From Dimorphilus gyrociliatus (Eukaryota > Animalia > Annelida): DNA of 64,000 nucleotides. The translations under genes and the position numbers were made by a program. Position 1 is the first letter of the stretch. Each line of letters opens with the position of its first letter. A model generated the notes under the pieces. It was not told where the DNA came from and searched no databases. It was given only the letters and a program-made list of their open reading frames with translations. Location: NCBI GenBank assembly GCA_904063045.1, contig CAJFCJ010000018.1, positions 930,429-994,428 on the forward strand, read 5' to 3'. Below are positions 13,295 through 24,010 of this stretch, in pieces.

Positions 13295-14596
13295 TTGTGT
13301 ATATTAACATATTGGCAGCTACTATTAGACTTTTCCCAATTTCCTTTCTTTGTTCAACCCTTATTAGATTATTTAATGGAATAGTTGTAGCATTATTTTT
13401 TAAACGTTAATAATTGTAATTTATATAAAAAATATAAAATATTCATAGTTAATAAGTTATTATACAGATGCAGCGAGTATAGGCTTTTATATTTATTTTT
13501 CAATGCTATTCTCAATAAATATGAATATCTGTCAATATTATCTAAGAATTAGTTTAACTTTACTTGTTAATTTCAAATATTGACTGGAAAAGTGTAATCA
13601 TCACCGCCAAAAGGTGCCTATTACCTGGGTTTTGTATGTAATCACGTTATTGCCTGAAGGAGCCTGTTGCTGGTACCAAATTTATAGTATATACTGTCAA
13701 CTATATACTGTATATAGTATATATAATTTTCTTAAGAAAATCAATATTGTGCAGGTTATGTCATTCTTTTAACTAACTTCCTATTTTCAAATAGATTTTA
13801 TGGACGGGACATTTAAAAACTAATACTGTACATGTTAAAGATGCTTGTAAAGCTATTTGGCATTTATGTGAACGAGTACCCCCAAGAAATGTCTTTCATT
13901 TAGCCGATAAAGGTTCTACAAGTAAGTTTAAATAGTTATTTTGATTAAAGAATAAAAATATATCCTCGTATACGCTCTCGCTCTTGTTCCCTTCCAATTT
14001 AGATCAAGCAGTTTTGGCTTCAATAGTTTCAGAGATATTCGATATTGAATGCGAATTTGTTGGATCACTCTTATCCAAGGTCGCCAAGGTAAATTATTAC
14101 ATAGAATTTTTTTTATTCAATAATAACTACGCTTCCGTATTTATATATATTCTCTATAGAGTAATTTAAGCGATTTAATTAGAGAAATGAATGAGAGTCA
14201 TTTAGGAGCTTGGATAAATATTTGTGAACCAGAAAAAATTACAACACCTTTATCGCCTTTCTTGGCCGAGGTATTGACTAATCAATTAATAAATTATTGC
14301 TTTATTGCCATTGATTATTTCGTTTTCTATTGATTTTTTTATTATTACGCAGGAAGAAGTTTATGATAGAAATTTGAGTGTTGATGGTTCAAAAATTGAA
14401 GGTACAGGTTTTCAATATGACTATCCAAAAATCTCTACAAGTTTGATTAGAGAGGTAAATTTTAAGACATATAACTAAACTTTATTCATTATTTACCTCT
14501 GGTATTATATTAACGCAAATATTAATAATAATTACACAGGTAATCGAAGAATACATTGACGAGAAACGTTTTCCAAAATCGATTATATTAAGATAA
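11075..14596 (+). CDS. NAD(P)-dependent epimerase/dehydratase-family (atypical extended SDR) protein, many small exons
   Basis: Exons read MSVLILGG-TGFIGRNLVQYLVENNLA, RVVDKTPPQMAYL, YVVNCAAETKHG, LRLVNVYGPGD, NTVHVKDACKAIWHL, FHLADKG and LSVDGSKIEGTGFQYDYP. Contains the Rossmann GGTGFIG motif. Confidence 0.8.
11601..11643. repeat. (TA)n microsatellite
   Basis: Direct tandem TA run in an epimerase intron. Confidence 0.9.
13255..13291. repeat. (TA)n microsatellite
   Basis: Direct tandem TA run in an intron. Confidence 0.9.
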
Positions 14597-15231
14597 AACA
14601 AATGACGAGTCTGTCAAATTACCAAGATTTTCCTCCGTCTGTCTATCTCCCTCTCTCTTTCTCTTTGTCTACTTGGCTCTCTTTCTCTCTCTCTCTCTCG
14701 CTCTCGTCTTATATCTTTTTATTTTTTAATATTTTCATTTTATTCTTTATTGAAAATTTTATTTGGATGTGGTCGAAAAGAAATATGAAGAAAAAACACG
14801 AAATTTTACAATTTAAACTGTCTCAGAAATTTCAAAAAAATACAATTTTCTAATTTTTTATTCTTACTTTTAAACATATAAACAGATAATAAAGATTAGG
14901 AAAAGTAAGCTATATTTCATATATTTTCCATCCAAATGAAATACATTAGCAATATATGGAAGAGATAATCAATAAGTGGGAACTTATTTTTCGAAAGCAA
15001 GTACTTGTGTTAGATTTGCATTATCTCTTACCTTAATCAGGTCAATTATCATCTATTTACAATAATGACATTATTAAGTTACAAATAACTAATGATCAGC
15101 AGTTCTGGTAAGATTTAGATTTATTATTAGAACAACAACAAAATTTTATCATTCTTCCTAATATTTTTAGAGATTTACACGCAAGTTGAAAACAATTTAC
15201 ATAACAATTAAGAGAAAATATTTTACACTAG

Positions 15232-17000
15232 TCACAAAGATGGTTTAGTCGCGGTTTTCTTGATTGTCCATTCATCCTTTCTTAATTGCTGCAACTCTCT
15301 AACGGTTTTGGCCTTCCAACCTAGCCAAATAAATCCGATAATAAAACAGACAAATGACTCAATATAGTAACCATCGATACGAGTAACGCACGATCCTCCG
15401 TCTGCTTGACAAGTTTTCATTGTTAAAGGTTCCACCATCCAGAGGGCAACAGTGCCTGGCCAATTACCGCCGAAATTCGAAATTGTATTCAGCAAGGTCA
15501 TATATGTTCCCCCTATTGCAGGATCGCTGATGGTTGCACTAAAACTCATTCCAGCTACGTACATACTATAGATCGTAACTTGATGAAGGGCATACGATAT
15601 TAAAAGAACGATATAGAAGTATCCGGCAATTGTACCCTTATCATCAGCCGTTTTAGGTGCCCACCATACTAATACGGCTAACCAAGCTCCACCTAAAAGT
15701 CTAAATGGAATGGCTTTGAGGAAAACATTCATGGGATTTGGACCAGTAGTATATTTGCTAATAAATATTGGCAGAATAATTTGAACTGGTATCATTGGTA
15801 TGGAAAAAAGAGCTAATTTTTCTCTCGGTACACCTCCTTCAATAAGCTTTAAGGCAGTAACAGCATCACAAGCTGCAAAGCCAATCTGAAAAAAAAATTG
15901 ATTATTTTTTTTGTCCAGGATTTTTTCTTCAATAGAGAAAGGAAACTCAAGTAAAAAATTATAATTACCTTGCACGTTAGTAAAACGACAACTAACTTTC
16001 CAATTGACTTTAATTTAAATATACATAGAAGTAATTTATAAGTTTCGATTAAACCAAATTCTTCATCATTATTTTCGGCAGCTGCATTTCTTTCCTTTTT
16101 GAAAACTGACACTAGAGTCGTTGTAATTAGAAAAACAATCCCACACCCTTTCAAAAAAGCTAATAGGATAAAGAAAAAGTGTTATTAGCGATGTTTTTTT
16201 CAAAAAGAAAATGAGGGAAAATTTGCTAATTAAATACTCACTACTCAATGTAACAATTCCAGTAGGATATGGTGTGCTTCGAAGAAAATTATTACAGAAA
16301 TCTGGCGATTCTAAAGCCAAGAATACTACATTGCCTATAAAGTAACCTGCTGTTTGACCAACAGTGTTACAAGTCGATGCCCAGGCTACATTTTGTCTAA
16401 TATAAATAAGAAATAGAAATTACTATGATTAATAGGCTATACAGAAATATTACGGTTTAACGATTACCTAGAAAGCATTGTCAAAGCCCATCCGTCAACA
16501 GCAATATCCTGGGTAGCAGCCAAGAAATTCAAGAGGAAAAAGATAGCAGTCAGTAAATATATGTTCAAATTGCCTTCGTCCATTATTTGGGAAATAAATA
16601 GGGATAAAGCCAACATGAAAATCCCAATAAGATACTGAACGGGAACTAGCCACGATTTTCTTCTTCCAAACGAGGTAATATATAAAGAATCCACAATAGG
16701 AGCCCACAATAACTTCACTGAGAATGGCCAATATACAAAACTAAACAGGGCTTGATCATTATATGATACTTTCCTAGTTGATAATAGATAGGGTATAGCC
16801 CCTGCAAGACCTAATGGAATGCCTTGTAGAACATACAAAAACATTAAAAGTGCTATGTTTTTTCTGTCTCCTTCGATCTGAGTACACATCTGCTGACAGT
16901 CTTTGTTCGATTTATTTTCATAATTATCTGAATTTGCCATATTGTTCAACTCTGAATTTTCAGGGGCAGTTGCTTTCCTTCGTTTGGCTTCGTTTTGCAT
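15232..17000 (-). CDS. SLC33A1: Acetyl-CoA transporter 1 (MFS)
   Basis: LYVLQGIPLGLAGAIP, YWPFSVKLLWAPIVDS, RRKSWLVPVQYLIG, LAATQDIAVDGWALTMLSR, DPAIGGTYMTLLNTISNFGGNWP and DGYYIESFVC. Confidence 0.96.
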
Positions 17001-17225
17001 TACTGTCTAAAAGCGAAAAATATGTACTGCACGAATTTATGGATTGTAACAGATGAGCAAATAAGTCAACGTAATTTAACGATGAATCATCAACCTAGTT
17101 TTTTACATTAGTGAAATCAAAGAAGATTATCTCTTAACACTAACTTTGACTGTCTCAATCGATATATCTTCGATCCTCTTATATCTCACTTGTTACACGT
17201 ACTCGTAGCAGACTAATATTCTGAT

Positions 17226-17251
17226 GTCACGTGACGTTAACTTCCTCTTTT
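17226..17251 (+). promoter_or_regulatory. E-box palindrome GTCACGTGAC plus polypyrimidine TCT/5'TOP-like initiator CTTCCTCTTTT in the SLC33A1/RPL29 bidirectional promoter
   Basis: Both motifs are seen directly. The pyrimidine tract precedes a short non-coding exon (donor gttagt at about 17269, acceptor at about 17387) of RPL29, as is typical of ribosomal protein genes. Confidence 0.6.
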
Positions 17252-17402
17252 AATATCGCTCGCTATAGGTTAGTGCCTCTCCGTAAAATCCTTAAATATC
17301 TTCGTTAATTTCATCCAAAAATTCACAACTCGTGGATCTATTACCATAATAATATTAAGCCAACTATATATCTCATTTTCGTTACAGTAATTCATCTATA
17401 AA

Positions 17403-17828
17403 ATGGCGAAGTCGAAGAATCATACAAATCATAACCAAAGTACGTATTTTAACGAGTTAAACTCGTCTGGAAATCATTTTTCTTTACAAAATACTTGTAT
17501 TTCAGACCGTAAACAACATAGAAACGGAATTAAGCGTCCAAAGAAGCAAAGGTTTCCGTCATTGAAGGGAGTAAGTAGTTTGGGTTAAAAAATGCGTGTA
17601 TTTATCAAGGCGAACCTATACAAGCCTGTTTCATTATTACTATTTAAGTTCAAAAATTATATATATCTCTTTCAAAATAATTTATAGCAGATTATTTTAC
17701 ATGAAATGCTGTAATTTTATTCCCCAAAACTTAATTTGATTGTTTTGCTACAGGTTGACCCTAAATTCTTGAGAAACATGCGTTACGCCAAGAAGCACAA
17801 CAAGCCCGCTGTCAATACGCAAAAATAA
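17403..17828 (+). CDS. RPL29: 60S ribosomal protein L29 (3 coding exons)
   Basis: [58 protein letters not shown]. Confidence 0.97.
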
Positions 17829-18151
17829 CTTTGCTTCGTTAATGCATTTTATCACATTCTGTGAATAAAATTGCTAATAAATGATCTAATAAGTCGAATT
17901 CAATATTTATTAAAAATTATAAGATAATATTTCAAATCAAAAAATATCCTTAGTATTTGTTAGTATTGAACAGAGAAATTAGCATTTCATTCAGAAAAAA
18001 ATTTATTAATGAACGCTAGGACAGAAAATATATCCGATAAATGTATTTCTCTGATAATGTAAAGATTAATTTGAACTATATATTTTTAATCTGACCATTG
18101 AAAATATAAATTGAAAAATACCCTCTTCTCTTTAACTAATCTTTCATATAT

Positions 18152-21100
18152 CTACTTTGCATTTATCCTAGCTAGCTCTTCCTCTGCAATTTTTTTCTTT
18201 ATAGCAAAAATTCTAGCTTCATCCTTATCACCTGTCCTAGCAATCCTTAGACATTCGCATTTATACTTCTCAATTGAGATCTCAATATCAATCTTATATT
18301 GCTTCAAATTAATTTGATCTTTTAGTTTTTTACGAATTTCCTGTTCGATCTGTTCGTATAATTTGTATTCTTTAGAAAACCGAGCGCTTGATGCGGAATC
18401 AATATTCGGACGACTGCTGAGTTCTCGGAGTCTCTCTTTTTCAAATTTAATCACGTCCAAGGATAACATTCCACTTCCCGACTTCTGAGGAGGAGAATTC
18501 CTGAAAGATTTATATTTTCCAATAATAAGAAATTTTGCAAGAAATATAGTACATTTATTTAAAATGTTAAACCTCTTTAAACAAGATACAGCAGGTAAAA
18601 AGCCAATTGAAATTGACAAATCAATGAAATTATTGTAAATTTTGCTTTCAAGAAATAATACTGTGATCTTTTTTAAATAAACAAGACTTGCAGTTAACAA
18701 TTATTAGAGTTCAGATGAAAATGTTCCTTCGCGTCTGCACTGGGACCGAGAGGTGTCGGCTTCGATGGGGAAGTCACAAGATGGCGCAAGCCTTCGATTT
18801 AACATTCCTGCCGCCAAGAATTTATATACATGCAATGTGACTTAAATAGTTTTACACTATTACGGAAAAAGTACGAGTAGGTTAATACTATATTATGATT
18901 TCATATTTAAGATGATAAAATAAGAAACTATTAGAGCGAGCCTGATGGTCTCCATCATTAGATTACTCTATTTCCACGTTATAAAACCGATACTCAAATG
19001 AACAATGGCAGGCTCTAAATTATTTTCCCTCTAAAAGACTAACAATGCACATAAAACTCGTATCATCTCCATTCAGCTATGGTAGTAGCAAAACGGAAAG
19101 AGAAGAGAATAAAGAAAAATTAATCAAAGAAACTTACTTTTGTCCCTGAGCGTAATTTGATGTGTTCATTGCTATAGAATGAGCTTGAGCAAAGGTATCG
19201 AGAACAAGCCATCTTTGATTGACATGTTCAATTTGACTTTTTCCACTAAGAGGCGTCCGAATTCGAACTTTCACTTCTAATTTTCCACCGACTGCCTTTC
19301 TTCCTTCATACAAATCGTGCATTCCATGTAACTCGCAATGACTTTCCAGATCGATCAGCTTAATTGAAACACTGCCCAGTAGTTTGTCGCTTTTCATGAA
19401 ACCTGAAGAAAACAAATGTAATTATATTTACTTGTAGATCAATTATTGCGAATATTGTATATATAGGAAAATAGAACGTTACCTCTTTTGTAATAGACAT
19501 CAACTTTCAGATTTTTATGTTTAATTTGTCTCTGGAAAGCAGATGATTTTCTTTGTATATTTAACTTGGTAGAAAAATCATATTCAGGATTATTTGTTCC
19601 TTTTACTGTTGAGCCTAATTCTCCAGTTTGAGGTTCATCCTAGAATTATAAGAAGAGTATATACATTTTTTGTTTTGCAATAGATTTTTGGTGAATACCT
19701 TCGGAATAGGGAATTCATATTTCAAGTAGGTATTTAATTGATGAGGAGAATAGCCATCTGGAAGAGATAAATTTATTCCTTTTACAACATGCAATTCCAT
19801 ATCATTATCTCCCAAATCTGCGCATGATCTAGATATAAGAAAGACAAAAATTTATGATAAGTAGTAAATTTCATAAATTTTAATATCATCAATTTACATT
19901 ACTATCGAGAAATTCTTTGTTTCGTAATGAAACCTTGGAGGTGGATCGTTGTGTTGAAATGCATTTTTCAACGCCCCCAGATCCTTTCGAGCACATTTTG
20001 CCCATTCATCCAATTTATTTGACATATTAATATCTCCAAGTTTCAGGAAATGTTCGTGGTTCGTTTCGCACATTCTAATTTGATCGATAAGATCTTGCTC
20101 TAATTTTTTGTAAACTTCTTCTCTATCACCTTCCGGTTCGTCTATAAAGCATTGTGGTTCACTTTGCTTTAAAGGTGGAGGAGGCAAATTACTCATATCG
20201 ACTGGCAAGCCTTTTTCACTCGCTTCAACCATATTCTTCAGCCCTAAATATACTCTCAATGAATCTTTTGCTGATTCGAGGTCACCTTTTTTCTTTGCCT
20301 CTGCTGCAGCATACTTATACTCCATCTGTCGTCTTTGAAGAATTTGACGTTGTTGGGCTGCTCGTGAGAGGTTTGTTCCAGATTTTGGAGGTAATGGAGC
20401 CTATTGTTTGGAGAGAGAGGTAAAATGTAATCGTTTCTCAAAATTATGAATAAAAATTTACCGCTTTTTTAACAACTTTTTGCTCAACTGGTTTTGGTGT
20501 TGGCAGTGGGAGGGGAGATAATGGCTTTACATTTGACACCACCGGTTGCACAGGCTCATTTGTTTGCATAGGTATAGCAGGAAAGCCGGGTGGGCATGGA
20601 AGTTCTTCGAAATCAACTTGTCTTCCAGTCTTATGTGCCTTAATTGCCTCCTCATATTGTTTAACAATTCGTTTAAAGCGTCGACTTTTGCTGTTGTTCT
20701 TTGCTTCTTCAGCCTTAGCTAATTCAGACGCATACTTTTCTTTACGCTGCTGTAAAGCTTGTAAAATATTACGGGGTGCCTCTGGAACTCCTAATAACTT
20801 TTTTGCTTCCTCTTCTGCTTGCGGATCAAGATCAATTTGAGGCTCTTGTTGATCAGATGATGTTGTGGGTGGAGGGGGAGGCATTTTGCTTAAATCTACA
20901 GCTTCACCTTTCATCATAGCCTCTAGGACAGTATCAAATTGCTGCAACAAATAGAAATGGAAAACATTAACAAAGGTAAAGACAAATGAGAACATATTTA
21001 ATGTATAAAAAACTTTACTTACTTTGGAAGTACTTAAATACTTTCTAGCAGTCTCTAAATCACCTCTTTCTTTGGCCTTAAGTGCCGCTTGTTTATATAA

Positions 21101-22054
21101 TAAACCTCTTTCTTTAACAACTCTTGCAGAATCATTTTGTTGCACTGGTAAGGACGGCGGTGCTACAGCAACGGGTTTGGGCTCTGTTTGCCGTGGACCT
21201 TTGTTTTTTTTTATGAATGAGAATTAGACAAAATCTATAAAAGAAAAAAAGCCTATATATTAAAAACTACCAACTTTCGCGCTCTTCATTGTAAATTTTC
21301 ACTGGTTCAGGCTTAGGTTGAGCTTGAGATTGTGATTGTGCAGAAGCAGCTAAATTATGATTTGAAGTGCTAACAGTAACAGCCGGAGGTATATCTTCGT
21401 TACTAATCATATTTCCTATTAGTTTGTTTATTATCATTTTGAAGGAAAAATAGATAAATAAAGTATATTAGTTTATGAAAATATATAATATGGCAGATCA
21501 AACCTGATTTAGCTCGTTTCAGTTGTTCTTGTAAGGTCTTTATTCCTCTATCCATTCTGCGAGCCTGTAAAGAGTTAAAAAAAATTAAAGATTTACTTAA
21601 AATAGATACGCCTTTGAAAACCAATAGCTATTTATTTGAGGTTTCCATTAAAAATTTCTGTGTTATATTTGAAACTGAGTAAGAACAGTCTAATTATCTT
21701 TTCATCAATCATTATTAACATTTTAATTAGAGAATTAGCTCCATCCATCATTTTTATTTTCGATTTTACGACTTATATTATCCAATAGAAACAAATTTGT
21801 TATTGTTTTAATAAATTAATTCTAATAAAGAATTCAACTAACTTTACTCTGATCATGAGCTGTTCTAGCATTTTGCTGAGCTGTTCTATACATTACGAGC
21901 CTTTCTTCAATAACTTGAACAATTGTAGGTCCACTATTTAAAGGATTCATTGTCGCATCGGGGATTTTTTCAGGAGATCTTTTCGGAGACGACGGACCAC
22001 TAGCTTCCATTGCAAGCATCTCTAACTCATCCTATACATAAAGCATACAGTATG

Positions 22055-22101
<47 letters not shown>

Positions 22102-23534
22102 CAGCAGCTGATTTACTTATATGAAAATCGGGTTAAATAAAAAGGATAAAGACTGCGTAGTATTAATTGCTTAAAAGCGCACTTGGATTTCTATTTTATG
22201 CAAAGATATAAAGCTTACTTCAATTTTCAAGGAAGATAGAATCTTTTTTGTCAATTTTCGTATAAAGAATAGTTAACAATATATAAATAATTATCGATTC
22301 CTTTTATATTTATATATATAGCTATTATTTAACATATCAATATACGAATGAAAATTTGAAACAAATACTGTCATATGAATAGATCTTTCCCCTCTCTTTC
22401 TCCAATCTATCATTGACAATGGTGACAAACTATATAATTTAGTAAATATTTAAAAAAATTATCCACCTACTATATACAGTTCTTATTACTACATGTATGT
22501 TTTTATTTTTTAATGAGTAAACCTTACTTTCAGCTAAGTTTGTATACAATTGTGTTATTTTATTTAAAATACCAAACAAAACTCTATGGAATACTGTTTT
22601 TTATCATTATTAAAAAAAAATTCAACTACAGAATATTTGTATTCCATTTACAACAGTTATGTTACTCGTTTAATGTCAACAGGTATAGCTGGGGAAGTCT
22701 ATAAACCGTTAATGTTAATAGTTTCCCTTTGAGAGAAGATTAACGATTTATTGAGGAAACAGACTTAAGTAATAAATATTACTTGCATAAGAAATAAAAT
22801 GTATACTTTAATCGCAGTATACATTTTTGACATATTTATCTATTTTGTTTAAAAATAGTATTTTGTATAACAAAAAATGACATTATGTAATTTTAAAATG
22901 GTTTATGCAAGAATGGAAAGGCAAACCTCTATTTCAGGATCATCTGAATCAGACACTTCGAGATCGATTGGTTCGTCAACGTTGGAAATAATCTTTTGTA
23001 ACTCTTTTTCACTTATACTCTTCGGAACGGAACGTTTGGCTTTTTTTTGAGATTTGCTCTCTTTCACCTGCTCTCCAGCTAATGCTGCCAATTCAGCTTC
23101 CAAGTCTTCGTCATCATTCTCGTTAAAATTGTTCGAAGGTGTCGCCGTAAGATCACCACTGTCCGGGATCGCTAGTCCCATCTGATGGGTATATTTGTGT
23201 TAACATTACGTTAGACATAAATATTGATTAATACAATTATATTGTTCTAATTTACAGTAGAATATATATGCTAATATAAATAAAATATGACAACACTAAC
23301 AGAAGGTTTCTATTCATTCCGTGCTTAATTATTATCTTATTTAAATGTAAATTAGCATGACCTTAATAAAAAGAGATTTTCAGATCGTAATTTTACATTA
23401 AACATCTTAACAGATTAAATGACAATATCAGTATGATCCATAAATGAGAGAACATAACTAACTTGCTGCATCAAAGCTTGGCCTCTGCCAGCTGAAGATT
23501 GTCGTTTCTCTGTAGTTTTCTTTTTTCCAAACAT
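18152..23534 (-). CDS. CC2D1A: CC2D1A/B / lethal(2) giant discs (DM14 repeats + C2 domain + CC2D1A-type C-terminal extension)
   Basis: Start MFGKKK at 23534. DM14 repeats (YKQAALKAKERGDLETARKYL; LQQRKEKYASE; YKYAAAEAKKKGDLESA). C2 domain (VVKGINLSLPDG...KAVGGKLEVKVRIRTPL...QRWLV). Last exon 18500-18152 with LSLDVIKFEKERL...IAEEELARI matches the CC2D1A tail. Confidence 0.92.
18774..18807 (-). CDS. Candidate alternative terminal exon of CC2D1/Lgd encoding NVKSKACAIL* (CaaX box)
   Basis: The acceptor ...ttcttggcggcag|G AAT GTT AAA TCG AAG GCT TGC GCC ATC TTG TGA is in phase with the C2 exon donor CAA AA|gtaagt at 19137. Confidence 0.5.
22059..22101. repeat. (TA)n microsatellite
   Basis: About 20 TA units in a CC2D1 intron. 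Confidence 0.92.
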
Positions 23535-23843
23535 TCTTTATTATTATTCCATACTAATCTTTACTGATTAGAGTATAATTTAACCAAGGTATTTGATAAC
23601 TTTCAACTGGTGAAAATGAATCATAAATAAAACTACAATTCAGGGGGTATTCCGTAAAAGCTGGACAGAATGTTATTCCAATATTAAATATCCGGATTAT
23701 AGTGGGAATTAGATAATTTACTTCCTTTTTAAATAAACTTTTAAAAATTTATTCTTGTCAGAGATCACTTGACAGATAACTCAATTTATTATTTGAATTT
23801 TAACCTGTTTGTATTAGGATTTTTTTAGTAAAAATTTGAAATT

Positions 23844-23859
23844 TACTGCCATCTGCTGG
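23844..23859 (-). promoter_or_regulatory. CTCF-like site CCAGCAGATGGCAGTA in the CC2D1/MCM10 bidirectional promoter
   Basis: Close match to the canonical CTCF core consensus, lying between two divergent start codons. Confidence 0.55.
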
Positions 23860-24010
23860 AATATATAAAACTAATTAATTTACTTATTTCCCGTCAAGAT
23901 AGCGAAATTTAATTGTTAGGAAAAAATTGAAATGGATGTCCCACTTAAAATAAGTGTCAGACATTTCGGAAACAAAAAAGATTGGCATGCTCAAGGTCAA
24001 GGTAGTCAAA

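Noticed and set aside
13140-13680. Possible MITE in the epimerase intron (caggtaata / tattacctg inverted match)
   Set aside because: Only about 9 bp of inverted identity and no target-site duplication.
18152-18700. 182-aa ORF as an independent gene
   Set aside because: Its 3' part (18500-18152) is the last exon of CC2D1; the rest is intron read-through.
18700-18840. GC-rich intronic patch as an ncRNA (RNase P/MRP, snRNA, Pol III transcript)
   Set aside because: No convincing conserved boxes (RNase P CR-I/CR-V, Sm site). It is better explained as the alternative CaaX exon plus UTR.
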